Source: Promethearchaeota archaeon (GTDB taxonomy: Archaea; Asgardarchaeota; Lokiarchaeia; Sigyniarchaeales; SOKP01). From it: a stretch of DNA of 24,397 bases. The DNA lies in the NCBI GenBank assembly GCA_016930515.1, contig JAFGGO010000009.1, positions 1-24,397 of the forward strand, read 5' to 3'. Numbering within the stretch: the stretch's first letter is position 1; every line of letters begins with the position of its first letter. The notes below the pieces were generated by a model. The model did no database searches. It was not told the DNA's origin and saw only the letters and a list, made by a program, of their open reading frames with translations. Positions 16,577 through 24,397 of the stretch are shown piece after piece. Position numbers and translations under genes: made by a program.

Positions 16577-18580
16577 TTATTCTTTCAATGCCCAGTTGAT
16601 GATCTGGTTCAATTGGAAGTTTGCAAAATGGTTCTGGATCATTGCCCCACTAGGACAGGCGCTCACGCATGTTCCACATCCTTTACAGAGGACTGGGTTG
16701 ACCACGGCAACCTTTTTGAACTCGTCAAAATCGATCGCACCAAACGGACACAATGATTGGCAACTCATGCAACCCGAGCATTGGTGCTCGAGCACGACCG
16801 AGTAATACGGTTCGATCTCTACTTCCCCTTTAGCCATTAAAGTGGCCGCACTAGAAGCAGCGCCTTTAGCTTGAGCTACGGTATCAGGAATGTCCTTTGG
16901 TCCTTGCGCCACGCCCGCTACAAAAATTCCGTTTGTTAATGTGTCTACTGGTCTTAGTTTAGGATGAGCTTCCATGAAAAATCCGTCCGCTGATCGTTGT
17001 ACGCTCAATAAGGAAGACACCTTGTCAGCGTCCGATTTTGCTTCCAATCCCGTGGAAAGAACCAGCATATCAACTTTCATTTCTATCGGTGTTTGTAAAA
17101 GCGTGTCTTCTGCTCGAATTATGATGTTGTGATCTTCGTCTTCAGATACTTCGGCAATCCTGCCTCGAATGTAAGTAATGCCGTATTCTCGAGCGGCTGA
17201 CTCGTAAAACTCTTCGTATCCCTTTCCAAAGGCTCGAATATCCATGTAAAATATGTAAATATCGGCTTCGGGGTGTTTTTCTTTGTATTGCCTCGCTTGT
17301 TTCGTTGCGTACATGCAACACACTCTCGAACAATACTGATTGCATCCCTCCCTGAAGTTCCTGCTTCCAACGCATTGGAGGAAGGCAACGCTATGAGGTG
17401 CTTTTAAATCAGATGGTCGTGCGGGTTTTCCTTCTAATGGGCCGGTAGAACTCAAGAGACGCTCCATTTGAAGGCCATTAATTACGTTTGGATATTTTCC
17501 AAAACCATATTGTTTTAATTTAGTTGCATCATACAAATCCCAACCCGTTGCAATAATGATAGTTCCAACTTTTACCTTCACATATTCGGGTTTATCGTCG
17601 TAATTTATTGCTCCTGGTTCGCACACTTCGGGTCTGGCGCAGATACCGCATTGAATACATTTTTCCATGTCAATAGTGTATTGACCAGGGACAGCTTGAG
17701 GGAAAGGAATGTAAACTGCCTTTCTCGTGCCAAGACCCAAGTCAAATTCGTTTCCACATGTTACCGGGCAAGCTTCAGCGCAGGCACCGCAACCCGTACA
17801 TTTGACCTGATCAATATAGTGCGGTTTATGCATTATAGTAACATCAAAATTTCCTACATATCCACTTACATCAACAACCTCTGAATAAGAATGAATTTTG
17901 ATGTTTTCGTTTCGGGCGACATCGACCATTCTTGGCGTTAAAATGCAAGCAGAACAATCCATGGTAGGAAAGGTCTTGTCTAATTGCGCCATGTGCCCTC
18001 CAATGGTAGCTGTTTTTTCTACCAGGTGTACTTGATATCCTTCAGTTCCTAAGTCCAAGGCGGCGTTCATTCCCGCGATTCCCGCTCCAATAATAAGGCA
18101 AGATGGTTCAACGCTAACTTTCTGCACTTCCAATGGTTTGAGCTTTCTCGCTTTTGCAATGGCCATCTTAATGTGATCCTTCGCAATATCATAGGCTCCT
18201 TTTTGATCTCTCATGTTAACCCATGTTGCGTGCTCTCGGATATTAGCTTGTTCAAAGAGAAATTGGTTGAGACCTGCCTCTTTACATACTAATCTAAATG
18301 TAGGTTCGTGCATTCGAGGTGAGCATGCCGCTACAACCACTCTATTAATGAGTCCTTCTTCAATGTCCTTTTTTATGATTTCCTGACCATTATCAGAACA
18401 GAAGAATTTATACTCTCTGGCAACCTCCACATTTGGTAAAGTTTTTGCGTATTCAACCAAATCAGGTACCGAAACAACTCCACCAATATTAATACCACAG
18501 TGGCATACATATACGCCTATTTTAGGTGTTTCTTTACCTGTTACTTTAATTTCATTACTTGTTTCAGTCATTTTTCGCAT
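16577..18580 (-). CDS. hdrA: Heterodisulfide reductase subunit A (FAD, electron-bifurcating)
   Basis: GVYVCHCG.NI, AACSPRMHE, NIRE, GAGIAG, DKTFPTMDCSACIL, inserted ferredoxin, CVGSR...YCSRVCC, HPKLRPV and C-terminal 2x[4Fe-4S]. SD spacing suggests the real start is the ATG at 18571. Confidence 0.97.
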   Translation of the reverse strand: MRKMTETSNEIKVTGKETPKIGVYVCHCGINIGGVVSVPDLVEYAKTLPNVEVAREYKFFCSDNGQEIIKKDIEEGLINRVVVAACSPRMHEPTFRLVCKEAGLNQFLFEQANIREHATWVNMRDQKGAYDIAKDHIKMAIAKARKLKPLEVQKVSVEPSCLIIGAGIAGMNAALDLGTEGYQVHLVEKTATIGGHMAQLDKTFPTMDCSACILTPRMVDVARNENIKIHSYSEVVDVSGYVGNFDVTIMHKPHYIDQVKCTGCGACAEACPVTCGNEFDLGLGTRKAVYIPFPQAVPGQYTIDMEKCIQCGICARPEVCEPGAINYDDKPEYVKVKVGTIIIATGWDLYDATKLKQYGFGKYPNVINGLQMERLLSSTGPLEGKPARPSDLKAPHSVAFLQCVGSRNFREGCNQYCSRVCCMYATKQARQYKEKHPEADIYIFYMDIRAFGKGYEEFYESAAREYGITYIRGRIAEVSEDEDHNIIIRAEDTLLQTPIEMKVDMLVLSTGLEAKSDADKVSSLLSVQRSADGFFMEAHPKLRPVDTLTNGIFVAGVAQGPKDIPDTVAQAKGAASSAATLMAKGEVEIEPYYSVVLEHQCSGCMSCQSLCPFGAIDFDEFKKVAVVNPVLCKGCGTCVSACPSGAMIQNHFANFQLNQIINWALKE

Positions 18581-18583
18581 CTC

Positions 18584-19531
18584 CTATATTAATTGCTCCT
18601 TCACTTTTGCTAGAAATGGATCTAATGAAATGAATGGAGAAACACCGCTTAATTTATGGTTCTTCATTAATCCTAAACGGCTCGGATCGATCCCCATAGA
18701 TACGCCTAAGAGTTGTGTCAAATATATTACAGGAATGTTGAAAGGTTCTCCGATTTCGTCTGCAAACGTGCCATTTACTTCAACTTGGCCCAGATCAAGT
18801 TGTAAATGACAGAACGGACAACAATCTACGATGATATCAGCACCAGCGTTTCTCATGTTAACTAATTTCTCGCGAGTAAAGTCTAAAGATACCTCTTTTA
18901 TTCCGCTTCTTACGGCACCTCCCGCCCCGCAACACATAAACTTGTCCTTGTAATCGATGCTTTTAGCTCCGGTTAATTCTACGAGCTCGTCTAAAAATCG
19001 GGGATCTTCCGATTCGCCTCCCCATGGTCTCATATCGCTTGGCTTGAGTACGTGACACCCGTAGTGAACGGCTACTTTCAAATCCTTAAATTTGTGCTTG
19101 ATATGATCTCGAATGTAATCCAAACCCATGTCTTGATATAAGATTTGAGTAATGTGTTTAGGTTCCCTGTTCCCTTTAAATTCCATTCCGATTTTAGCAA
19201 GATGTGAGTTTACTTCTTTTTTAAGTGCTGGGTCGTGCTTGAGTTCTGTCCAAGAATCCCTGAGAGAACCGTAACATCCATTGCATCCGGTTAGTATATC
19301 AACTCCCTTTTCCTCAGCTATGCAATTATTTCGAGCGGCTACCGCCATCCATGTTGGAATGTGGAAAGCTCTAAACACGCCTGGTGCCGGACAACAAGAT
19401 GCACCTTCAAGTTCCACGAGTTCTGCACCTAACTCTTCCATGACTGCTCTAATAGATGCTTCTATCATTGGATATCTATTTGGAATGACGCACCCTAGAA
19501 AAAATCCATATTTAAAATCAGTCGTCGTCAT
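18584..19531 (-). CDS. hdrB: Heterodisulfide reductase subunit B
   Basis: Two CCG domains: FLGC..P, SCCPAPG, CNGCYGSL, HYGCH.LKP, MCCGAGG and CPFCHLQLD. Confidence 0.96.
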   Translation of the reverse strand: MTTTDFKYGFFLGCVIPNRYPMIEASIRAVMEELGAELVELEGASCCPAPGVFRAFHIPTWMAVAARNNCIAEEKGVDILTGCNGCYGSLRDSWTELKHDPALKKEVNSHLAKIGMEFKGNREPKHITQILYQDMGLDYIRDHIKHKFKDLKVAVHYGCHVLKPSDMRPWGGESEDPRFLDELVELTGAKSIDYKDKFMCCGAGGAVRSGIKEVSLDFTREKLVNMRNAGADIIVDCCPFCHLQLDLGQVEVNGTFADEIGEPFNIPVIYLTQLLGVSMGIDPSRLGLMKNHKLSGVSPFISLDPFLAKVKEQLI

Positions 19532-20133
19532 TATTTCTTTTCCTCCTCTTTTTGAGATTCAGCCTTTCTTTTTGCTTTAATTTCTTTCACATTGTCCATC
19601 AGTTTTCTAAATCCCGTGGACTTCATGAGTGTTTGGAGATCTTCTACAGCTTTAGGGAATGAGTGAACAGTGGGTGGAAGGGCTGGTAATCCGTACGATT
19701 CTCTCAAATCCCTCCATTGTTTATTATTATCTCCATGAGCCGGAACGCCGTGTCCGCACGCATAAAACATCTCGCTCAGTCCTGCGTGTGAGTCCATGAT
19801 ATGTGCCTCTTCTACCGCTATATTTCTTAATTTTATTATCATATCAGTAACCGGAATGTTACGAGGACATCTTTCGTAGCACGTATAACAAGTAGAGCAA
19901 AACCATAACGAAACATCTGACAGAACGCTTTCGTCTCCCATCAGAGCTCTTCGAATGACTGATCGAGTTCGATACGCCGTTCGACGACCGGAAGGGCAAC
20001 TTCCGGAACAGGTGCCGCAATTAATGCACGATCGTATTTCTTCCAAGCCAGCATCCACGAATTTATCGGAGATTCGAGAATTCGTATTTTTGAACACTTT
20101 ACGCTTGATATATTTTTCTTTATTACTGCTCAT
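19531..20133 (-). CDS. hdrC: Heterodisulfide reductase subunit C
   Basis: CINCGTCSGSCPSGRRT, WFCSTCYTCYERCPR, GH.VP and LP.LPPT.H. Its TAA overlaps the hdrB ATG (TAATG). Confidence 0.96.
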   Translation of the reverse strand: MSSNKEKYIKRKVFKNTNSRISDKFVDAGLEEIRSCINCGTCSGSCPSGRRTAYRTRSVIRRALMGDESVLSDVSLWFCSTCYTCYERCPRNIPVTDMIIKLRNIAVEEAHIMDSHAGLSEMFYACGHGVPAHGDNNKQWRDLRESYGLPALPPTVHSFPKAVEDLQTLMKSTGFRKLMDNVKEIKAKRKAESQKEEEKK

Positions 20134-20164
20134 TATTCGTTCAATTCTGTATTGATTTTTAGTA

Positions 20165-20234
20165 ATTCATTTAACATGTAATTTAATTAGGTTATCATGT
20201 TACTTTTTTGTTTGATCAAACATGTTAAATTAAT
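20165..20234. promoter_or_regulatory. Cluster of palindromic TAACATGTTA-like sites upstream of hdrC (candidate operator)
   Basis: TAACATGTAA (20172), TATCATGTTA (20193) and AAACATGTTA (20218). Outer sites form an 11-bp perfect IR (20169-20179/20220-20230). A 14-bp palindrome TGTTTGATCAAACA lies at 20209-20222. Confidence 0.55.
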
Positions 20235-20588
20235 AATCTTACGTTAGAAAAAGTATATTTTAATAAAAAATTTGTTAAAAATTTTAAAAACCTTTTTTGC
20301 TCTTTTGGCTAATATTAATGCCATTTAGGTTTAATAACGATACGAGATAGAACTTAAGTTTTTTAATTTGACATGCGATTTAGCGGTTCTTTAACGAAAA
20401 AAGAAACAATCTCGATGATGATTATCAATCTCGATAATAAATATTTACAAAATTGATCGTTCTTTCATATTCGCCTTTAACTCATCCTTTATAAGATTTT
20501 AAATCCCTTTTATTTTGGAATTGTAGATTAAATTAAGTTGGTTAGATCTTAAAAAGATATATATATAAAAACCAATCCAATATTTGTA

Positions 20589-21116
20589 ATGGAGTATAAA
20601 ACAACTGTCAATGACACCAAGCTGGAATTATACCTTAGTGAATTATACGATGTTGCTTGCGACGCAATAGTGATACCTTCTAATAACCGCTTGTTACCAA
20701 GCGGTACTTTAAGATGTAGCGTCTTAAAAAAGGCGGGTGCAAAAGTCCAGGTCGAATGCAATCGAATTGTCAACCAAGTTTCTTCAGTTCCGTTAGGGGA
20801 TGCTGTTGTCACTTCGGGAGGAGAACTCTCTGCCCAGCACATCATTCACGCCAATAATTCAAGTCGGGATGTAAAATCACTGATGAAAGCGACATGGAGC
20901 GCCTTAAAATTGGCTGATAAGAAAGGATATGAAAAAGTGGTTTTTTGCGCTCTTTCAAAAGACGTACAAGGATTCAATATGGAAGCTTGCGCTAAGGTGA
21001 TGATTCTAACTATTAAAAAATACATTTCAGAAATAAACGAAAATATTAAAAAGATTTGTGTTTTCCTCGAAAATCAAGAGGATTATGAAAATTTTGAAAA
21101 AATTCTTAAAGAATAA
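20589..21116 (+). CDS. Macro domain protein (degenerate ADP-ribose-binding motifs)
   Basis: CDAIV.PSN..L, KKAG..VQ.EC, G.AVVTSGGEL.A.HIIHA, AL.LA..KG and GF..E.CAKVM. Confidence 0.88.
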   Translation: MEYKTTVNDTKLELYLSELYDVACDAIVIPSNNRLLPSGTLRCSVLKKAGAKVQVECNRIVNQVSSVPLGDAVVTSGGELSAQHIIHANNSSRDVKSLMKATWSALKLADKKGYEKVVFCALSKDVQGFNMEACAKVMILTIKKYISEINENIKKICVFLENQEDYENFEKILKE

Positions 21117-21293
21117 GCTTTAATCCATTATTCATTTGTGTTTTCTCTTTTTCTCTAAAACTAAAATTAGTTCAAATATTTTTCAAGAAAAAAAATATTG
21201 ATCATTATTTCTACAATAATTCCACTTTTTTACCAGATGGTTTTTTATTATTCATTAAGTTTTTTTAACCAAACTAGTACTAATATTTTAGAC

Positions 21294-22010
21294 ATGTCCG
21301 ATACAAATGATCACATAGAACTTGCCTACGAGGCAAACGACAAGGGAATTGCTCGCTTTAACGAAGGAAAGTACTCTGAAGCGATTGAGTATTACAAAAA
21401 AGCTATCGAGCTAAATCCCCGCTTTTTTGGTGCGTGGTATAACTTAGGAAACTCATACGCTCGAACGAAAGAGTACGAAGAAGCGATAAAATGCTATCTA
21501 AAGGCGCTTGAACTCAAACCAGACCTTTTTCAAGTGTGGAACAATTTTGCCCTTGCAAAAAAGGAACTTGGCAAGTATGACGAAGCAAGATCCTCCTTTC
21601 AAAAAGCCCTTGAAATTAACCCCAATTTTTTTCCAGCTTGGTATAACTTGGCAAATGTGGTTTTTCTCGAAGAAAATTATGTTGAAGCGATCGAATTTTA
21701 TCAAAAAACGCTTGATATAAATCCAGACTACATTAAAGCTTGGAATAATATGGGAAACGCCTACTTTAATAGGGAAGAATTTAATGAAGCCATAAGATGT
21801 TATCGGAAAGCACTCGAACTCGATCCCGTAAACGATTTAGTCTGGTATAATCTTGCTTGTGTTGAATCGAGAGCAAACAAGGCAACTGATTCCTTAGAAC
21901 ACTTGAAAAAGGCCATTGAACTCGAAGACTCTTGGAAGGATAAAGCGCGAATTGATGCTGAATTCGACAACATAAAACATTTAAAAGAATTCAAGGAGCT
22001 CGTGGAATAA
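21294..22010 (+). CDS. Tetratricopeptide repeat protein (5-6 TPRs plus C-terminal capping helices)
   Basis: Repeated 34-aa W.NLG..Y.....Y.EAI.CY.KALEL.P units and terminal YNLAC...A..D.EF. ATG at 21294 preferred over the track's TTG at 21198. Confidence 0.93.
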   Translation: MSDTNDHIELAYEANDKGIARFNEGKYSEAIEYYKKAIELNPRFFGAWYNLGNSYARTKEYEEAIKCYLKALELKPDLFQVWNNFALAKKELGKYDEARSSFQKALEINPNFFPAWYNLANVVFLEENYVEAIEFYQKTLDINPDYIKAWNNMGNAYFNREEFNEAIRCYRKALELDPVNDLVWYNLACVESRANKATDSLEHLKKAIELEDSWKDKARIDAEFDNIKHLKEFKELVE

Positions 22011-22247
22011 AGTAAATTTCTTTATTAGCATTATTTTCAAATGCATCTTTTAGCAAAATTTTTCTATAAAACATTCATTTAAGTAAATATTAAAAAAGAT
22101 AAAAAGTCAATAATTTTTTTTATATTAAATGTTTGGTTCGTAGCGTATTTTTTGAAAAAATATATTGAACACAAGCATAAAATGCATGGATATTTCACAA
22201 TACTTTTTAAATCATGGCTTTTGGCAAGCGTATTTCATGTCATAATG

Positions 22248-22322
22248 ATAATGAGTTATCACACTGATTTAATCTCGTTCTTTTTTATTCTTCGAGAAAT
22301 ATTTAACATGTTAACTCATTAT
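22248..22322. repeat. Long imperfect inverted repeat between convergent TPR and GNAT genes
   Basis: ATAATGAGTTA (22248-22258) / TAACTCATTAT (22312-22322), with inner TCTCG/CGAGA. Overlaps the perfect palindrome TTAACATGTTAA (22303-22314). Confidence 0.5.
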
Positions 22323-22393
22323 GCAATTGTTGTTGTCGTTGAAGTATTCGAAACCGGAATTATTTTACATTCATTTTAATGAATTAAAGAATG

Positions 22394-22448
22394 ATATAGA
22401 GCTTGCAAAATGGGGCGTGTTAAATCACGCTCCTGAGAGCTTTTATAT
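22394..22448. other. GC-rich two-stem hairpin (terminator or ncRNA element)
   Basis: GGGGCGTG-TTAAAT-CACGCTCC (22412-22433), closed by an outer ATATAGAGCT/AGCTTTTATAT stem. Confidence 0.45.
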
Positions 22449-22506
22449 GTATTTCGATGCAATAAATCATTCTCCTAGTCCTATAAAAAGAGATTAAATC
22501 ATTACT

Positions 22507-23307
22507 TCATTTAATTTTTTTAACTTTTTTCTCAATTTTTTTTTTAATTTTTTCTAAGGATGGTGGAGGACCGGTTCTCACATTTTTATTATCTATATAT
22601 AAGGCATCTGTGATACCCCATTCTATAAAAGCTTCTCTTTTGCTTGTATCAATGGCTTCAAACAATATTTTATCTCCAAATTCAAGAACAGCCTTTTTTG
22701 CTCGCTCGTGAACAAGATTTTGACCTGGGCACCACCCGTTATGAAAGGAAGTCACTTTAACCTTCCCAACAACCGTCTTAGGCTTCTTTTTTTGCCTTAC
22801 CCATCTTGGTGGTGTGGCATTTTCTAAAAATGGCTTCCACAAGAGTACCTGAACGCTATTCTTATCAGCCTTAACATATCCGTGCTTCTTAAACCAAGAA
22901 GCTCTCATGAATGCTGGAATTGAAAGTCCCCACGCTGCCATTCCTTTTGCGCCCCTTTCCTTAGCGTCTTCCTCTGCTGCTTTCAATAATGCCATTCCAT
23001 ATCCTTTATCTTGAAAATTACCTTGCCCTTCGTCGTATCCATGAACCCAGATGCACAAGATAAAATAGAGATCTTTTCCGTCCGCAAAACTTTCTTCGAT
23101 TGGGAGATATTGGATCATTCCCGCTTGAACGCCCTTATCGTCAAGAGCGATTTTTACCCGAAGCCCTTTTTTGATATAATTTTCGTACCACTTCTCCTTA
23201 AGGTCTCCCGCTTCCTTCATTTCATCAGACCAATCTTCAAGACAGCAAAAATAAGATCCTTGAAGCTCTTTTGGTAAATCAATGACTTTCATATTTATAT
23301 TTTGCAT
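22507..23307 (-). CDS. GNAT N-acetyltransferase with C-terminal thioredoxin-like (YoaP-type) domain
   Basis: GMIQYLPIE, ILCIWV, Q.KGYG.ALL..AE acetyl-CoA motif, WFKKHGY, WCP and IDT...F.EWGI. Confidence 0.82.
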   Translation of the reverse strand: MQNINMKVIDLPKELQGSYFCCLEDWSDEMKEAGDLKEKWYENYIKKGLRVKIALDDKGVQAGMIQYLPIEESFADGKDLYFILCIWVHGYDEGQGNFQDKGYGMALLKAAEEDAKERGAKGMAAWGLSIPAFMRASWFKKHGYVKADKNSVQVLLWKPFLENATPPRWVRQKKKPKTVVGKVKVTSFHNGWCPGQNLVHERAKKAVLEFGDKILFEAIDTSKREAFIEWGITDALYIDNKNVRTGPPPSLEKIKKKIEKKVKKIK

Positions 23308-23428
23308 TATTTGATCATTGATACTTATATTACACTAGGTTTTATTTAATTTTAAACCCACTTGAAAAAAATCATAATTTTATGCTATATAAGAGCTTAA
23401 ATATTAGTTATAATATGGTAAAAGTAAA

Positions 23429-24325
23429 TTGTTTTTGGTGTTGGAAATGAATTATAAAATACGAAATTATTCAGTCTGCTTACTTGTTTTCGTGGTGTTA
23501 TTTACTTTTTTTAACTTGTTTTTTGTATTTGAATTGCCTGAAAACGAGGACCTGTATGTTTTTCCTGGAAAAGGAAAGTACGAATGGATATTTGCCATTA
23601 ACATGATTATCGTATCCGTGTTGTGCTGCGGTTTTTTAGCAATTCTTGTAGGGATTTCCGCTTTTCTAAAGATATTCATAAAAATTATGATAAGAAAAGA
23701 AAAGATTGGAACCGTATTAGAAACAGAATTAAGCCCAAAACAACATTTTTTCAGGTTATGGGGGCGTGCGTTAGTTTTGGGATTCTTCATTTCAAACATA
23801 GCATATAGCCTTGCTTCAAACGAAACCGTGGTATCCATGCTTTTAACACCTTTAGAATTAAGCATTCAGATAGAAGAATATGGAGCCGTGCAAGTACCGA
23901 GCGCTCCCATGATGCTTCAACTCATTTGGCTCGTTGCAATTCCTTGCACCTTAATTCTCTGTCCAATCTGGGCAATAATAGATTCAGGACTTGTATCGAC
24001 GAAAAAAACGAAAGGTTTGGATTTTTCCTCCGTAAACACCGCTACTTCTCGATTATACAAGATAATAAAGGGTTATGCTGGAATAGGTTTTGCGTATAAC
24101 CTTTTTCTCATGGTGTTTGATTGGGCAGTTAAATCAGGCGATTCAAGCGTGATTAACACGATGGCTCAAATTTTAAGTCCAATAGGAGTAATAAGTGCTA
24201 CCTTTCCATTAATCGTAATAATGGATCGCGAAAAGTCGATGATTAGGAAAAAAATAGAAAAAAGTCTAATAAAATTAGACTTGAATAAAGAACTGAAATT
24301 GACCTTGGAATTGAAAGATAAATAA
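23429..24325 (+). CDS. Hypothetical membrane protein (about 6 TM)
   Basis: 298-aa ORF with multiple hydrophobic helices and P.W...DSGL and KGYAGI motifs. Start may be the ATG at 23447. Confidence 0.75.
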   Translation: MFLVLEMNYKIRNYSVCLLVFVVLFTFFNLFFVFELPENEDLYVFPGKGKYEWIFAINMIIVSVLCCGFLAILVGISAFLKIFIKIMIRKEKIGTVLETELSPKQHFFRLWGRALVLGFFISNIAYSLASNETVVSMLLTPLELSIQIEEYGAVQVPSAPMMLQLIWLVAIPCTLILCPIWAIIDSGLVSTKKTKGLDFSSVNTATSRLYKIIKGYAGIGFAYNLFLMVFDWAVKSGDSSVINTMAQILSPIGVISATFPLIVIMDREKSMIRKKIEKSLIKLDLNKELKLTLELKDK

Positions 24326-24397
24326 TCGACAATTTTCTTAGTTTAGTAATTATATCTCCTTTTATTTAAGATTATTTTTTAAAATTAAATCAATAAT

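Noticed and set aside
4826-20133. Evidence that the host is a methanogen
   Set aside because: No mcr or mtr genes in the window, and Hdr/Mvh/Fwd are widespread in non-methanogenic archaea; cannot be decided from this window.
10032-21248. Identical 16-mer CCAGATGGTTTTTTAT at 10032-10047 and 21233-21248
   Set aside because: Half is a T-run; a single such match is plausible by chance in 24 kb of AT-rich DNA, and it does not bracket a coherent element.
21198-21293. Hydrophobic N-terminal extension (signal peptide) on the TPR protein
   Set aside because: Derived from a TTG in T-rich intergenic DNA; the ATG at 21294 immediately precedes the first TPR.
22394-22448. SECIS element and Sec read-through of the GNAT TGA stop
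   Set aside because: The 5' core reads AAAAU rather than AUGA, the better-pairing strand is opposite to the GNAT gene, and the read-through peptide is unremarkable.
20549-23865. Antisense/alternate-frame ORFs over the macro, TPR, GNAT and membrane-protein genes
   Set aside because: Shadow ORFs with no independent coding signal.

Overview
AT-rich archaeal window, most consistent with an Asgard (Lokiarchaeia/Promethearchaeia-like) genome. That assignment is inferred from archaeal Hdr/Mvh/Fwd genes sitting beside LRR, TPR, RING and 7TM genes. The backbone is a minus-strand energy/C1 cluster: hdrC-hdrB-hdrA, then about 7 kb of unrelated genes, then mvhD-fwdG-fwdF'-fwdF'-fwdD-fwdB-fwdC-fdhD, then DUF169 and an Isf-like gene, then mvhG-mvhA (mvhA runs off the left edge). 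Oddities in the cluster: no fwdA, two tandem half-length FwdF-like polyferredoxins, an MvhG with a duplicated C-terminal Fe-S module, and Cys at every site that can be Sec in homologues. The inserted block carries a vWA-RING-Zn ribbon protein whose vWA resembles eukaryotic MERIT40/BABAM1-Rpn10-p44 type domains. It also carries a membrane-anchored clan GH-A-like hydrolase, UDP-glucose dehydrogenase, a standalone 7TM protein, a cupin, a small Cys/His protein and a short LRR gene. Several intergenic inverted repeats and a repeated TAACATGTTA palindrome are present. No rRNA, tRNA, CRISPR array or transposase was seen. All calls come from reading motifs by eye; no database searches were run.
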